Source of the DNA: Azolla caroliniana
Taxonomy: Eukaryota > Plantae > Polypodiophyta
Assembly: GCA_043228905.1 (NCBI GenBank)
Contig: JBHGNT010000001.1
Coordinates: 13,702,001 to 13,766,000, forward strand
Reading direction: 5' to 3'
DNA length: 64,000 nt
Shown here: piece after piece, positions 25,755-39,069 of the stretch
Numbering within the stretch: the stretch's first letter is position 1
Layout: the number at the start of each line of letters is the position of its first letter
Notes under the pieces: generated by a model
The model's input: only the letters and a program-made list of their open reading frames with translations
Databases searched by the model: none
What the model was told of the DNA's origin: nothing
Translations under genes and position numbers: made by a program

Positions 25755-28700
25755 ATGTCTAGCCAAATGGAAGGGGAAGAAGGGTGTTTAGAATTACCCC
25801 TCAATGATCATAAGGATAGGGATGATGCTATCAGGACACAACAAGCCATACAAAACTATTGGGCAGAAAAAAAAAGGAAACATCATCAATTGTTGAAGGA
25901 TACGAAAGCCACACTCAATAAAGGTAAGGATAGTTTAGCTGAGAATGTAAGTAATGCGACTACCATCATAGAGAGAAAGGTTGTAGACTATTTCAATGTT
26001 CAAACCAAGCACATCAACAATGAAGAAAAGAAGGTAGTACTTTATGGAATATGTAATAATCCATCGATAAAGGACTTAGTTGATTGCGATGGTCTTAATG
26101 CAAACATATCATCTGTTTTAGTAAATAATCTTCGTAATAGTTTCGTATCCATGAGCAGGTCAGAAGATGATCTTGTCTTAAAAAGGTCTAGTCTAATGAT
26201 GTTACTTAATAGTGATGTTGACGATATAAACATCAGTGAGCTATCTAATGTAATTGGTGTTAGTAGAAAAATAGTGTACAATACATTGAACCGTATAATT
26301 TCCTCGAGTGAAGGAACTAGTCTACTAAAGCTAACTACAAGATGTAAGCCAATGACACCCATAACATCAGAAATCAAGGATGTAATCACAATGTTTTGGA
26401 CTAATGAGAGTAGGGTTTCACCCAATAAAAAGGATTTATGCAGGAAACGTGTTGGAAGAAATCAATATGAGGAGCATCCCATTCATCTTCTTGATGTACC
26501 TCAGCTATTTACATTTATCTCAACATTTGTTTTGACTCTACACGAAAGTTAATTAGCTCAGTTAGCAGAAAAGCTAATTAGCTTATCAGTTACATTTACC
26601 TCAGTTAGCTACTAGGATAACTACTACATAGGTAATTGGCTACTCTCAATAGCTACTACCATGATAGCTAATTAGCTATTCTCAATAGCTAATTTAGTTA
26701 CTACCAGATAATTAGCTACCAAAATAGCTAACTAGCTACCAAGACAACTAATTAGCTACTAGGATAGCTAATTTCATTATTACCAGCTAATTAGCTACTA
26801 GGAAAGCTAATTAGCTACCATGATAGCTAATTAGCTACTAGGATAGCTAATTAGCCACCATGATAGCTAATTAGCTACTAGACCAGCTAATTAGCTACCA
26901 TGATAGCTAATTAGTTACTAGGAAAGAGAAAAGCTAATTAGCTACCATGATAGCTAATTAGCTACTAGGACAGCTAATTAGCCACCATGATAGCTAATTA
27001 GCTACTAGGACAGCTAATTAGCTACCATGACAGCTAATTAGCTACTAGGACATCTAATTAGCTACCATGACAACTAATTAGCTACTAGAATAGCTAATTA
27101 GCTACCATGATAGCTAATTAGCTACTAGGATATCTAATTAGCTACCAGGATAGCTAATTAGCTACCATGATAGCTAATTAGCTACTAGAATAGCTAATAA
27201 GCTACTAGAACAGCTAATTAGCTACTAGGATAGTTAGCTAGTTACGAGAATAACTAATTCCCCTTTATTACGCAAGTCGATTTATTTATTAGGTTCAAAC
27301 GAATGCATCCAAATATCAAAGTTCAACTACGAACATTCAAGTCTCTTAAGCCACACTTTGTGAAACGATTAAAGGATCGATACACATGTTGTTGCATTTA
27401 CCATGTACAGATGGGTTTTCTGAAGGACTCTGTTAATCTACTACGTCACCATAACGCATCCCTAACTAATACAGTTTGCACATGTGGGTGCCCAATCTGT
27501 CGATCAAGCCCGCAAGAGGAGTGTAAATCATCTGAGCACGTTATCTCTTCCATGAGTTATTTATTAGATTCAATATTGTGTCCGAGAGAAACTAACGCTA
27601 TCTTCCATATTCATAAATGTGTCATGGGTTTATGTCAAGATTGTGGCCCTACTAGATTTAGGTGGTGTCCAAATGAATTGATCTCTGTGAAGTTATTTGA
27701 GTCAGTGAACACCAATTTTGAAGGAAAGGTGTGTAAAAGAAAGGATCTAGTTCGGAAGATGCTTAAACCAAGGGATTTGGTGTCTCTATTTGTAGTATCT
27801 CTAGGAAAGTTCATTAAACACAACTTAATTTATTCATGGCAGACCCATCAGTTTAAGACTTGCATATTTGATTTCCCAAATGATGTACTAGTCTTAGTAG
27901 TAGATTTCGCAGAGAATTATACTTTCAAGCAGCAGAATGAAATTCAATCTATGCATTGGTGTTCAATTCAGGTAACCATTTCTGTGCACATAACATATTT
28001 TCGAGTTTCAGGTGATGTTAAAAAAGTAATTCATTTCTTTATTTCTGATGATAAGAAGCATGATACCTTGTTCATCCAACACTATTTTAAGTTACATTGG
28101 CAGTGGTTATTAGCTCAACGTTTGGAGCTTACTCAACATTGGGTCTTGTTTGACAGAACTGCGTCACAATTCAAGGCTCGACATCCATTTTATTTTGTGG
28201 GGAGGTATCCTGCTATAACAGGTTTGGAGATGAGATGGAATTTTTTTGGGTCTGGCCATGGTAAAGGTGAACATGATGGTGCAGGGGCTATTATAAAGCG
28301 GGCACTTACCTATGAACAACTAAAGACAGATGGTGTGCACATGAATTGTGCATCACATGTAGTTGAATTTTTAAGAACAAATATGTCAACGAGTGCAACA
28401 GGTGTTTATTCCTCGCAAGTCCGAGATATCAAACGTGAATTTTGGGAAGTGAAGATAGATGAAGTAAATAGGGAGAAGACCTGGGAGTGCCAAGGAATTC
28501 CCGAATTGCAATCTTTGCATGTTGTTCACGGTTATTCCAGGTTGGATGGTCATTGTATTGCGGTTAGAGAATTGACTTGTTTTTGTTTCCATTGTGTGCA
28601 GGGAAATTGGAGATATTGTCTAAACAAAGTATACATTCAGAATTGGGAGTATCACACTCTGAATGATAAGGAAGCAGTTGATGGAGAAATTAGGCAGAAT

Positions 28701-29066
28701 GCTGACTTCACATATGCGGGACTTGGAGATACTTTGAGTGATGTCCTGAACGTTGGGGATAACTTCGCTGTAAATGCTGAAGAAGGCACGGTTAGTAAAC
28801 AGTGTGCAAGGCAGAATATTGTAGATGCATGGGGAAATTTTGTATCTGCCGGGACATTCTACATCGAAGGCATATTTTATGCAAAACTAGATGACTACGA
28901 ATATGTGTACAGGCTGTTAGAAGACAAACCAACGACGTACATGTACTCTCATTTGGTCAGGTGCATCAACGTCCCAATGTCAGAATACAATAGCTGCTTA
29001 GGTTTATACACTGTTGGTGCTAATGTGTATGAATGTATTTACAATAGTATGCCATGGAATTTGTAG
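25755..29066 (+). CDS. Sola2-like transposase, two exons (about 25755-26504 and 27276/27293-29066)
   Basis: HTH-like ISELSNVIGVSRKIVY; CCCIYH; DFAENY..QNEIQSMHW; SDDKKHD; FDRTASQFK; GHGKGEHDGAG. Candidate catalytic Asp codons at 27903, 28152 and 28275. Splice sites are GC-AG or decayed. Confidence 0.75.
26550..27258. repeat. 20-bp minisatellite (alternating TAGCTAATTAGCTACCATGA / TAGCTAATTAGCTACTAGGA) in the transposase intron
   Basis: Directly visible; the core TAGCTAATTAGCTA is a perfect 14-bp palindrome. Confidence 0.95.
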
Positions 29067-29469
29067 CTACAAGTAGCAATTACCATGTTCTCTTGTAAAA
29101 CAAACATGTATTTTGCGAAAACAGTTAAATAAATTCGTTTGAGAATCAATTTCTTGTATACAGCCAATAGCTAATTAGCTGTCAGTAGCTAAATAGTCGT
29201 CAGTAGCTAATTAGTTGTCAATAGAACCATGTACAACAGTATGCCATGGAACTTGTAGCTACAAGTAGCAATTACCATCTTTTCGTGTAAAACAAACATG
29301 TATTTCGAAAATACAGTTAAATAAAGCACTAGCATGAAATCAACAATCTACAACATATTCCTCAAATTACACAGTAGATAAGTATAGTGTATCCTCATCT
29401 GTTGCAGCGTCATCAGCACCAGACACATCATGTGTCGTCCTTAATCCACAAGATTCTACAATAACATGG

Positions 29470-30195
29470 CAGCTATTTAGGATAGCTAATTAGCTACTTT
29501 ACTAAACTATGGTAGAAGCTAGGATAGCTAATTAGCTACTTTACTCAACTATGGTAGTAGCTAGGATAGCTAATTAGCTACTTTACTCAACTATGGTAGT
29601 AGCTAGGATAGCTAATTAGCTACTTTACTAACTATGGTAGTAGCTAGGATAGCTAATTAGCTACTTTACTCAACTATGGTAGTAGCTAGGATAGCTAATT
29701 AGCTACTAGGATAGCGAATTAGCTGCCAGTAGCTAATTAGCTACTAGGATAGCTTATTAGCTACTTTACACAACTATGGTAGTAACTAATTAGCTACTAG
29801 GATAACTAATTAGTTCCCAGTAGCTAATTAGCTAGTAGGATAGCTAATTAGGTTTTTTACACAACTATGGCACTAGCAAATTAGCTAGTACCATAGCTAA
29901 TTAGCTACTAGGATAGCTAATTAGCTAGTAGCTCATTAGCTGCCAGTAGCTAATTAGCTAGTAGGATAGCTAATTAGCTACTTTACACAACTATGGTACT
30001 AGCTAATTAGCTATGAGTAGCTAACTAGCTGCCAATAGCTAATTAGCTGCCAGTAGGATAGCTAATTAGCTAGTAGCTAACTAGTTGCCACTTAGCTAAT
30101 TAACTACTGTAGTCAATTATGGCAGTAGCTAATTAGCTAATAGGATAGCTATTAGCTACTTTAATCAACTATGGTAGTAGCTAGTTAGCTACAAC
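29470..30195. repeat. 42-bp / degenerate minisatellite of the TAGCTAATTAGCTA palindrome in the last intron of the RING gene
   Basis: Unit GGATAGCTAATTAGCTACTTTACTCAACTATGGTAGTAGCTA repeated from about 29480. Confidence 0.95.
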
Positions 30196-31619
30196 GATAG
30201 CAGCAAAATAGTTTCCATACTTTTTATGGCTTAGGTAATTAGAAAAGACTATGCTTATTAGCTATAGTATGGTATACCTGTTAGTTTTCTCCACTCATTT
30301 GGTAGAGTTGTATTGCAATCTCCCAAACAGAATGAAGCAATTCGACAGGCATGTTGAAAACAAAGCAGATGGTATGTGTGGTTGCATGGTTGTAGGTGAA
30401 CCAACAAAGACGCAGTTTTGTCCTCCACACCTAACCCGCAAGCGATGCAACGTGCTTGAACTGTCAATAAATCATTTTCTGGTTCTCCTTCATTTGGTAA
30501 GGGAGCAAGAATGTTCAGGTCCAAATCCTGTCTGCTCCTTACCATTCCCTCCACAAAATGTAGCTGCTTCTAAAGGCAACTAACTACCTGTTCTTGATGA
30601 ATGTATTGTTCCTTCAACACAACACAAAAATTTACCGATTAATTATTCATGTCTGAGAAAGATTCACCAACTTTTCTCAGGAATTGTTAACTTACTTGAA
30701 GCATTTCCAAATTGTAATCTGCAACAGTATTTACACCTAGAAGGTCCAGGTTCATTGAAAGAACTTGGATCTCTATTTGCAATTGTATTTTACGTTGGGG
30801 ATCCAATGGCCCCTCTAATTCAAGCTCCTGTTGCGTAACCTATTCCAGATAATGCTTGATTAGCACATTTTACCCTTAAAGTTATTTATAACACATTCAC
30901 ATACTAGCAAAACAATAGTTACCTGAATCTTATTTCTAATCGTTGTAACAACGGAAGTAACTTTGCTCTCCATTGTAGAAGCCATTGTGGCTTTCTCTAA
31001 ATCAGTCTTAAAAAATGCCAATGTCTCATAGGCTTCATGGACATTTTTTAGCATATAGCTAACCAATGTCTCACCTTTATCATTTACATTGGCTTTCCTT
31101 GGGTGTCGGTGTGGTGTATGCCCCCGGTTTTGCTGGGAGTCGGTAGTTGCATCAACAGCTGCCATGCTCCAAAATCTGTCTATTTTCTGTGCCAAGGTCC
31201 CCATCTTTCGGCATCTTTTTACCGATGCCTCACCATAGACTGCCCAAGCTACCCTATACATTTCAGGGTCTCTGGATTCCTTTGTTGTTTTGCAGTACTC
31301 ATATGCAAATGCTCTAGCAAATGAAACTGACAACTCATTGTTGACTGGGATCTCCTGATGAACTTTCTGGTGCAGCCTCATGTAGTCATTGTACAAGTCT
31401 GCTCGTACATGCTTCAACTTGACCTTGCCTTTGACTCTAGGCACTGTATATACTGTCATCCAGTCTACATCACTGATCAATTTATCACTTAGGACAACAG
31501 GGTCAACACCCTTGAGTGACAGACCATAGGTGTTGTGGAAGTCCTCCTTTGTCTCGCAAAATTTTACGAAGTTTAACACTCTCGGATACGGAGGAACGAG
31601 CCATCTGAAATATCTTTAT

Positions 31620-32170
31620 AGAAATCAGAAATAGTGCAAAATCAAAATATGTCAGAATCAGAAACCCCAATCAACAACAACAGAAATAGTGCAAAATCTT
31701 TAACTTAGCAAATCAGAAACCCTAATCATAATTTGAAATCAGAAACCCTAATCAAAATCTGTAATCAGAAGTTTGAAATCAAAAACCCTAATCAAAATCT
31801 GTAATCAGAAGTTTGTAACCAGAAACCCTATTCAGAAATTCTAATCAGAAATTTATAATCAAAAACCCTAATAAGAAATTTCAATCAGAAACCCTAATAA
31901 AAAATTTCAATCACAAACCCTAATCAGAAATTCTAAACAGAAATTTATAAACAAAAACCCTATTCAAAAATTCTAATCAGAAATTCTAATTTGTAATCAA
32001 AATTTGTAACCAGAAACCCTATTTAGAAATTCTAATCAGAAATTTATAATCAAAAACCCTAATTAGAAACCCTAATCAGAAATTTCAATCACAAACCCTA
32101 ATCAGAAATTCTAATCAGAAATTTATAAACAAAAACCCTAATCAGAAATTTCAATCAGAAACCCCAATCA
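31620..32170. repeat. Minisatellite of AATCAGAAACCCT/AATCAGAAATTCT (telo-box-like) in intron 1 of the RING gene
   Basis: Repeated AAACCCTAA and AATCAGAAA units inside intron 31605-32215. Confidence 0.9.
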
Positions 32171-34218
32171 TCACTAAAGACAAGATTAAACACAAAAAAA
32201 GTAATATAAACACACCTGCTGCTACTCCCCGATCTGCGAGACATCCTTGTATGGGAGTCCAAGGACTTCGCCCTATTCGATTTTGGGGAAATATGAATCG
32301 GCACCAAAGTTCAGACAATAGTCAAAAAGAAAAAAAAAATGTTTGGGGTTTCTGTAACTGAAACATACCTAGACGATGATCGAGCGGGTTCTGTGTTGTA
32401 GCTCTCAATCTACAATGTCGATTTTCTGCTGTTGCGGGAGCTACGTCTGTGTTCGTGCTCTGAGTACTCCATCTACGTTCAAAATCAAACTTAGGCTAAA
32501 CAGGCAATTGATGACATTGAAGTCGACCTTAGATGATGGTGCTATTCCCCAAGTTCCACTACGTCTTAAACAGAAGTTCAAATATTTGAGTTTTTTCATA
32601 AATTAGTTTTTCAAATATTTGATTTTCCCACAAAAAAGACTAGCTAAACAAATAGCTAATTAGCTATGGCCATTTTAGTAGCTAATTAGCTATAATAGTG
32701 TTTCCACTCGCATGCTTTTACCCATAGGCCTCATACACATTGATCACCTTGCTAACGCCAACTTTGATATTTCTTGCCTCTTCGTCGTTCTAGGTTTTAA
32801 ACACAACGTGTGTTCCAAAACAATCGTCCATTTGCATGGCTTCATGGAGTTACTTCATTGCTATAGGTTTCGAGCACAATGCGCACTCTGAAACCCTCAC
32901 CCACTCTCAAAGTGACGTTTTTCTCTTTTGTGTGAGGCATCCTTCGTATCGTAATTGGGCCATCATATTGGTTGCATCCTTTGTTTGCATACTTGACTAT
33001 GATGAGACTTCCTCCGCTTCCACCCTTTGCCTTGGTTTTGGCTCTATTGTAGCATTCACTATGGATTCAAATTGCCCCTTTAAGCCCTCATAAGCATTTG
33101 TTATGTAGGCGTCCAGATCAAGAACTTTTTCGCATTGAACTCTCTTCCATACATGGTAGTCGGTTGTTGTTAATAAGATTCCTCTCTCCCTTCTATCTTA
33201 ATGTCGTTATCTCTTCCCACTTTGGTCAAATCTTTGGTGAATCCATTTGCACCTTCGTCGTCCTTCAATTGGACTCTGATGGCCATCCTTTCCTTTCAAT
33301 AGATGGGCTTCACGAACATTAGGACCTTATCCATCCCGACCAATCTTTGATCTTGCCTCGAGAGTTGAGCAAAACAATGCTCAAAATCTAGGAACACGTG
33401 CATGGAATCTTCGATGATGCAACTCACTAAACAAGAATACCTTGAGAAGACCCACTAAAAGAATAAGTCATAAAAGACGAACAAAAACCTCCCAAAAAAA
33501 TTGAGCGACCCCGAAATAAGCCCTTTTCTACTCTTTTTATAGAGAATTAGGTGCCTAGTCCCCCCCCCCCCCCCCCCCTTTATATAGAAAACACATGTAT
33601 GTTTTATACATGTGTGTATATATACATATTGTGTTGTATTGCATGTGCTCATATGTATGTATTATATTGTATTCCATGTTTATTTACATATGTATTGTAT
33701 ATCCTAGATGCATGGCATGTGTATATGTATCTATGTGTTATGTGTATGCAACCGCTAAAGCTAATGAATGTAGTCTATTCAATGATCCTAACATTGCCCC
33801 ATGTGCATTAAAGACAACAACTCGCCACTCCGGTAATAAAATTTGGATCATGTGGGATCTTGCAAAATATGATGTAATTACTTGAAGGACCTTTCCTATA
33901 TTTGTAAGTCCAAGTCTATCTTGCTCTGACTTATCCCATTGTGGGTAGGAAATTACTCTTTTAGAATCGAGTTTTGACATTGCCTTCACGATTTATTGTA
34001 TAATACAAGTGCTTTAAAGATAATTAAATCAAGATAGATAATGCAAAAAGCTAAAGTATATAATTGACAATAGATTTCCTCATACTTAGTATATACTCAT
34101 GGTGAACCTCCTCTTAAACTTATTGTAGGGTATGATTAATTATCTCTTTTGACAACCCTTCAATTGCATGCTTACCAACATGATGTAGGGCAAATAGATG
34201 CTATAAATTTTTCATCTA

Positions 34219-34516
34219 TGTTGAGACTCAAGCTCAACCTAGTTTAGTGTGTGAACACACCCTTGAGAGTGTGCACTCAAAGGTCAAAAGTCACCACTCT
34301 TATCCACACATTAACTATGTGTCATAGAATCATATTCTATGACACATAACTAATGAGCTTTCACATTCCCCATGCCCCATGAGCTTCGGTAGTTAATGAA
34401 GAGAGAGAGTGACTATATAAAGCACTCTCCTCCTACTTTGTAATAAGTTCGGTTAATCTCCTTTGTAATATACATTGTCTTGAGTATTCTATTCTTGTTC
34501 AAATCTATCTATCTTG

Positions 34517-34547
<31 letters not shown>

Positions 34548-37500
34548 ACGCACACATAACGCACATCTCTCACCTATTCCGCTACACAAGAATAACCACC
34601 GATTCTTTACATGGTATCAGAGTGATTTGGTAGCTCGATCTAGCCCATTCGCCTCATTGTGATCATGTGTTGTGCTCCACGCCGACGACCAAGAACCGGC
34701 TCATCGCTATCGTAGCTTCGCTACATAGCTCGCATTCGAAGAGAGAAGAAGAAGAAGAAGAAGAAGAATCGGCATAATGAATACTCAAATGGGGAGCGCT
34801 CTCCCTACTGAGAAGTTGGATCGAAACAACTTCGCATCTTGGGAGTACAAGATGCACCAATACCTTGTCGGACAAGGCTATTGGAGCTACATCAAAGGAG
34901 TGCACGAAGACCAACCCGTCGACACGGCTCCCGGATACGTGACATGGGAGCAAGCCGCAAGCTGCGTGATGTATTGCTTGGCGACATGTGTTCACGACCA
35001 CATGCTCGGTTACATTCGAGAAGCCAAGACGCCGAAGGAAGCGTGGGAAAATCTACGAAAGATTTTTGCCGCCAACACGACCGCGAGGAAGCTTCAACTC
35101 CGCCAAGAGTTGAACAACATCCAACAACGGGACATGTCCATCAGAAGCTACACCTTGAGGATCAAGGAGCTTTGTGACTCACTCGGCTGAATAAGCGTCA
35201 ATTTGGATGATGATAAGATGGTGCAAATATGCCTCGGCGGCCTTGCACCATGGTTCGGCTCGATGAGAACTATCGTCCTAGCAAGGGAGAATCCTCCTTC
35301 TTTCTTTGATCTTCAATCTATGTTATTGGTCGAAGAGAATCATGTTTGAACAAGGAGCAACGCCTCGGAAGGCCACATGCTCTACACGCATTCGAATGGA
35401 GGAAGAGGATGCGGCCAAGGACGAGGCGGCAGATGAGGTCCGACTTACAACAACAACTCACAAATTCGGCAACAAGACGGAAGCCATCGAGGAACTTTCG
35501 GAAGAATGGGGAGCTTCCATTCCGATTCGAGTCGACAAAACTTAATCGAATGCGGTTATTGCGGAAAAATCGGCCACCATGAAGAAGAGTGTCGAAAGAA
35601 GAAGCGCAAGTCGGCTTCCACAAGCTGACAACTCACCAATTACGCCACCAACTCCAACTATGAAGATCATGGCAGAATGTTTGTAATAAGACATAGAGCA
35701 AATCCTATGTCGGCCTCTACTTTGACTAATGCCTCCAATCCGGAAGATGTATGGTTCATCGACTCTGGTGCTTCGAACCATATGACGTCCCATCAAGAAT
35801 GGTTCAAAGACCTTGGAGAGCCGGATCGACCCGGTTATGTCGAGACCGGAGACGACACCACTCATCCGATTCGGCATGTCGGCAATGTCCCATTCGGGAA
35901 AGAAGGTGAACAAACGTGCATAAAAAATGTCTTACATGTACCCATCATAATGAAGAATTTGGTCTCGGTCGGCCAAATTGTGGAGCAAGGGATGCAAGTT
36001 CAATTCAACCAAGGAGGTTGCTTCATCGAGAAGGAAGGCCGACTAATTTCTCATGGTCGAAGGGAAGGCCGAATGTTTATCCTCAAAGTGAACGAGGTAA
36101 AATCGGCCATGTTTGCAAAGGGCCTCAAACACAACACTGACATAGAGCTATGGCATAAAAGAATCGCCCATATCAATCTCAACAAACTCAAGGTGATGCA
36201 ATCGAAAGGAGTCGTCATTGGGCTCCCGACCTTCAAAGAGAAAGAGATTGAAGGAGTATGTGAAGCAGGCCAATTCGGCAAGCAACATCAACACTCGTTC
36301 CCAAAGGAGATGAACGTGAGCAAAGGCCTATTGGACGTAGTCCACTTGGATGTGTGGGGACCGGCACAGATGGCTACGTTCGGAGGATGTCAGTACTATG
36401 TTACCTTCATCGATGACTTCTCTAGATACACATGGATCTTTCCCATGAGGATGAATAGCGAAGTGTTTACACACTTCCAAAAATTCAAAAGCAAAGTCGA
36501 AAAGACAACTGGGCGTCATGTACGATGTCTTCGGTTAGACAGAGGAAAGGAATACTTCTCCGATGCGTTCATGGCATACCTTCGACAAGAAGGAATTCGA
36601 CGAGAATTCACATGCCGACACACACCACAACAGAACGGTGTTGCCGAACGCAAGAATGGGCACATCCTCGAAGTAGCAAGGGCCATGCTAAATGAGAAGC
36701 ATATGCCTAAGTCATATTGGGCAAAAGCTGCAAATACCGCCATCTACCTCATGAACCGGTGCACAACATCCGGAGTGCACGAGGTCACCCCGCACGAGAA
36801 ATACTATGGGAAGAAGCCAGATTTATCCCATGTAAGGATATTCGGCTCCATTGGATAAGTGCACATTCCCGATGAGAAGCGGCAGAAGCTTGACCTAAAA
36901 TCAGAGAAGTGCATCCTCATGGGGTACTCACAGGAGCAAAAGGGGTACAAGTGCTTCAACCCCTCTACTCGAAAGACTCGTGTAAGTCGGGATGTCGTCT
37001 TTGACGAATCGACATCATGGAACAAACCTGAGCCGACTCCTCCCGAACCATCTACGAACGACCTTGACAACACAGAAGACGATGATAAACTAAGGTCAAT
37101 ACTCGAAGAGAGTCCGATGTCAACTAGATTGAGCGAACCACAAGAGCCTCCGAGCAACGAAAGCTCATCTCGGCCAAGTCCAAAGATGGACAAAGGGAAG
37201 GTCAAAATGCCAGAATATGAGGACGATCACTTCGATGGCAACAAATCGACTCATTCACTCGATAATGAGTTAGATGGCTTTGATGTGCCTCTTATGAGGT
37301 CACCCGGAGTTGAGAAAGCACTCACATCGGCAAATGAGAAACTCCGTCACTCTACCTGAGAGAAGAATCTGGTTAGCCGATTGGGCTACGACGACTATAT
37401 GGCATACCACTATGCCTTTATGATGAAGGTGGCCGTAGTTCGAGAACCGGAGAGCTTTGCTGAAGCCGCTAAAGATCCTCGATGGGTCGAAGCGATTAAC

Positions 37501-39060
37501 GAGGAGATGCAAGCTTTCAGCAAGAATGAGACATGGGATCTCGTCCCTCACTCATCGCACAAGAAGGAAATCGGTTGTAGATGGATATACAAAGTGAAGT
37601 ATAATGCTGACGGTTTCGTCAACCGCTACAAAGCTCGACTCGTAGCAAAGGGCTACACACAAACAGAGGGCGTCGACTATGAAGAGACCTTTGCCCCGTG
37701 GAAAAGATGACAATTGTGCGAACCGTAATAGCGCTTGCAGCAGCGAAAAGGTGGCACCTCCACCAGATGGATGTCAAGAACGCTTTTCTTCAAGGCGAAT
37801 TAGAAGAGGAGGTGTACATGGTACAACCACCTGGCTTCGAATCCAACATTCATCCCAAAGCCATCTGCCGACTCAAGAAGCCTCTCTACGGCCTTAAGCA
37901 AGCACCACGTGCTTGGCACTCAAAGATAACACAATATCTTCATCAAATCGGCTTCCAAATGTCAAAATCCAACAATTCTCTCTATGTAAGAAGCGATTCC
38001 AAAAGTCTGATCGTCATCATCTTCTACATGGATGATCTGGTCATTGGAGGTGAGCATCTAATCGACATCCACAAGGTAAAATCCCTCCTTTCCAACAAAT
38101 TCGAGATGACGGATATGAAAGAGCTTCACTACTTCCTTGGCATCGAGGTAATTCGGACTCCAGCCGGGATTATGATCTCCCAACGGCACTACATTCTCAA
38201 CTTGTTATACAAGTTCGGGATGACTGAGTGCAAGTCTGTGGCAACACCTCTCGACCGAAACCTCAAACTAGATGCCAATTCTGGCACCATAGAGTGTGAG
38301 CCGACTCAGTATCGACAACTAATCGGTAGTCTTAGCTACCTCACGATCACTCGACTTGACCTGAGCTATTTGGTCGGCCTTCTTAGCCAGTTCATGCAAA
38401 CACCACGAGATATCCATTTGGATTGTGCTAAGAGAGTGCTACGATACATGTGCGGAACGATGGACTATGGCATTCTCTATAAGTCGGCCACGCCAATTCA
38501 ACTCAAGGGATACACAGATGCCGACTAGGCAGGCTATAAAGCCGACCGACGATCAACCTATGCTTTTGTTTTCTCCCTCGGAAGTAGGGCCATCTCTTGG
38601 AGTAGCAAGAACCAACCAACCGTCGCTCTTTCGAGCACAGAGGCCAAATACAAGGGCGTGACGGTGGCTGCATGTGAAACCGTATGGCTCAAGAGGATAT
38701 TAAAGGATCTGGGCATTCCCATCAAAGATCTGATTCTCCTCTACTGCGACAACATGAGCAATATTTATCTAGCTTAGAACCTGGTGTTCCACGCACGCAC
38801 AAAGCATATCGAAGTGCACTATCACTTCATTCGAGAGCGTGTTCAGGCTTGCGATGTCGACCTTCAACATATGTCTACGAATCTTCAGACAAACGACATC
38901 TTCACCAAAGCCCTAGGAGCCGACAAGCTTCGGCAATTCCTGTCAGGCCTTGGGTTGACGGTCCTTGACTTGCCAAGCTTGAGGGGGAGTATGAGCCGAA
39001 TGTACCAGATACCGTCCGAACCGGATACGAGCCGAAGCGAACATCAACTGAAGTAGCTGA
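34219..39060 (+). mobile_element. Ty1/Copia element, near-complete internal region, 3' LTR absent (5' LTR 34219-34611, PBS-Met 34612-34623)
   Basis: TGTTGAG..TTACA then TGGTATCAGAG. gag 34777, CGYCGKIGHHEEEC, WFIDSGASNHMT, integrase, RT and RH are present with several stops. Confidence 0.93.
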
Positions 39061-39069
39061 CCAAAATTA

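Larger units (their letters stand above)
29367..32244 (-). pseudogene. Five-exon accessory gene of the transposon with a C-terminal RING-H2 finger (one stop, one probable frameshift)
   Basis: Exons 32244-32216, 31604-30923, about 30839-30696, about 30588-30278 and 29455-29367, with GT-AG introns. RING motif CIAC-x18-CNHTYHLLC-x10-CLGDC. Confidence 0.7.
24881..32723 (+). mobile_element. Sola2-like DDD DNA transposon, complete span
   Basis: TIRs GGGTGAAAGCATCCGAGTGGAAACA (24881-24905) and 32699-32723 match 23/25. 4-bp TSD ATAG at 24877-24880 and 32724-32727. GRG termini and transposase motifs fit the recalled Sola2 description. Confidence 0.8.
24100..33400 (-). mobile_element. Old fragment of the tRNA-Trp family internal region, split by the Sola2-like element
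   Basis: 33280-33395 is the reverse complement of the gag segment near 59975-60100. The rejoined flanks read YEAYIVGEVSQDNDAKMEVAM versus YEADLIEEVATKDDIESEVAM in ORF 60237. Confidence 0.75.

Noticed and set aside
26550-27258. Palindromic repeat array as a CRISPR-like locus
   Set aside because: Intervening 6-mers alternate between two sequences rather than being unique spacers; no cas genes; eukaryotic intron context.
31620-32170. Interstitial telomere
   Set aside because: AAACCCT units are single and embedded in longer minisatellite units, not tandem (CCCTAAA)n.
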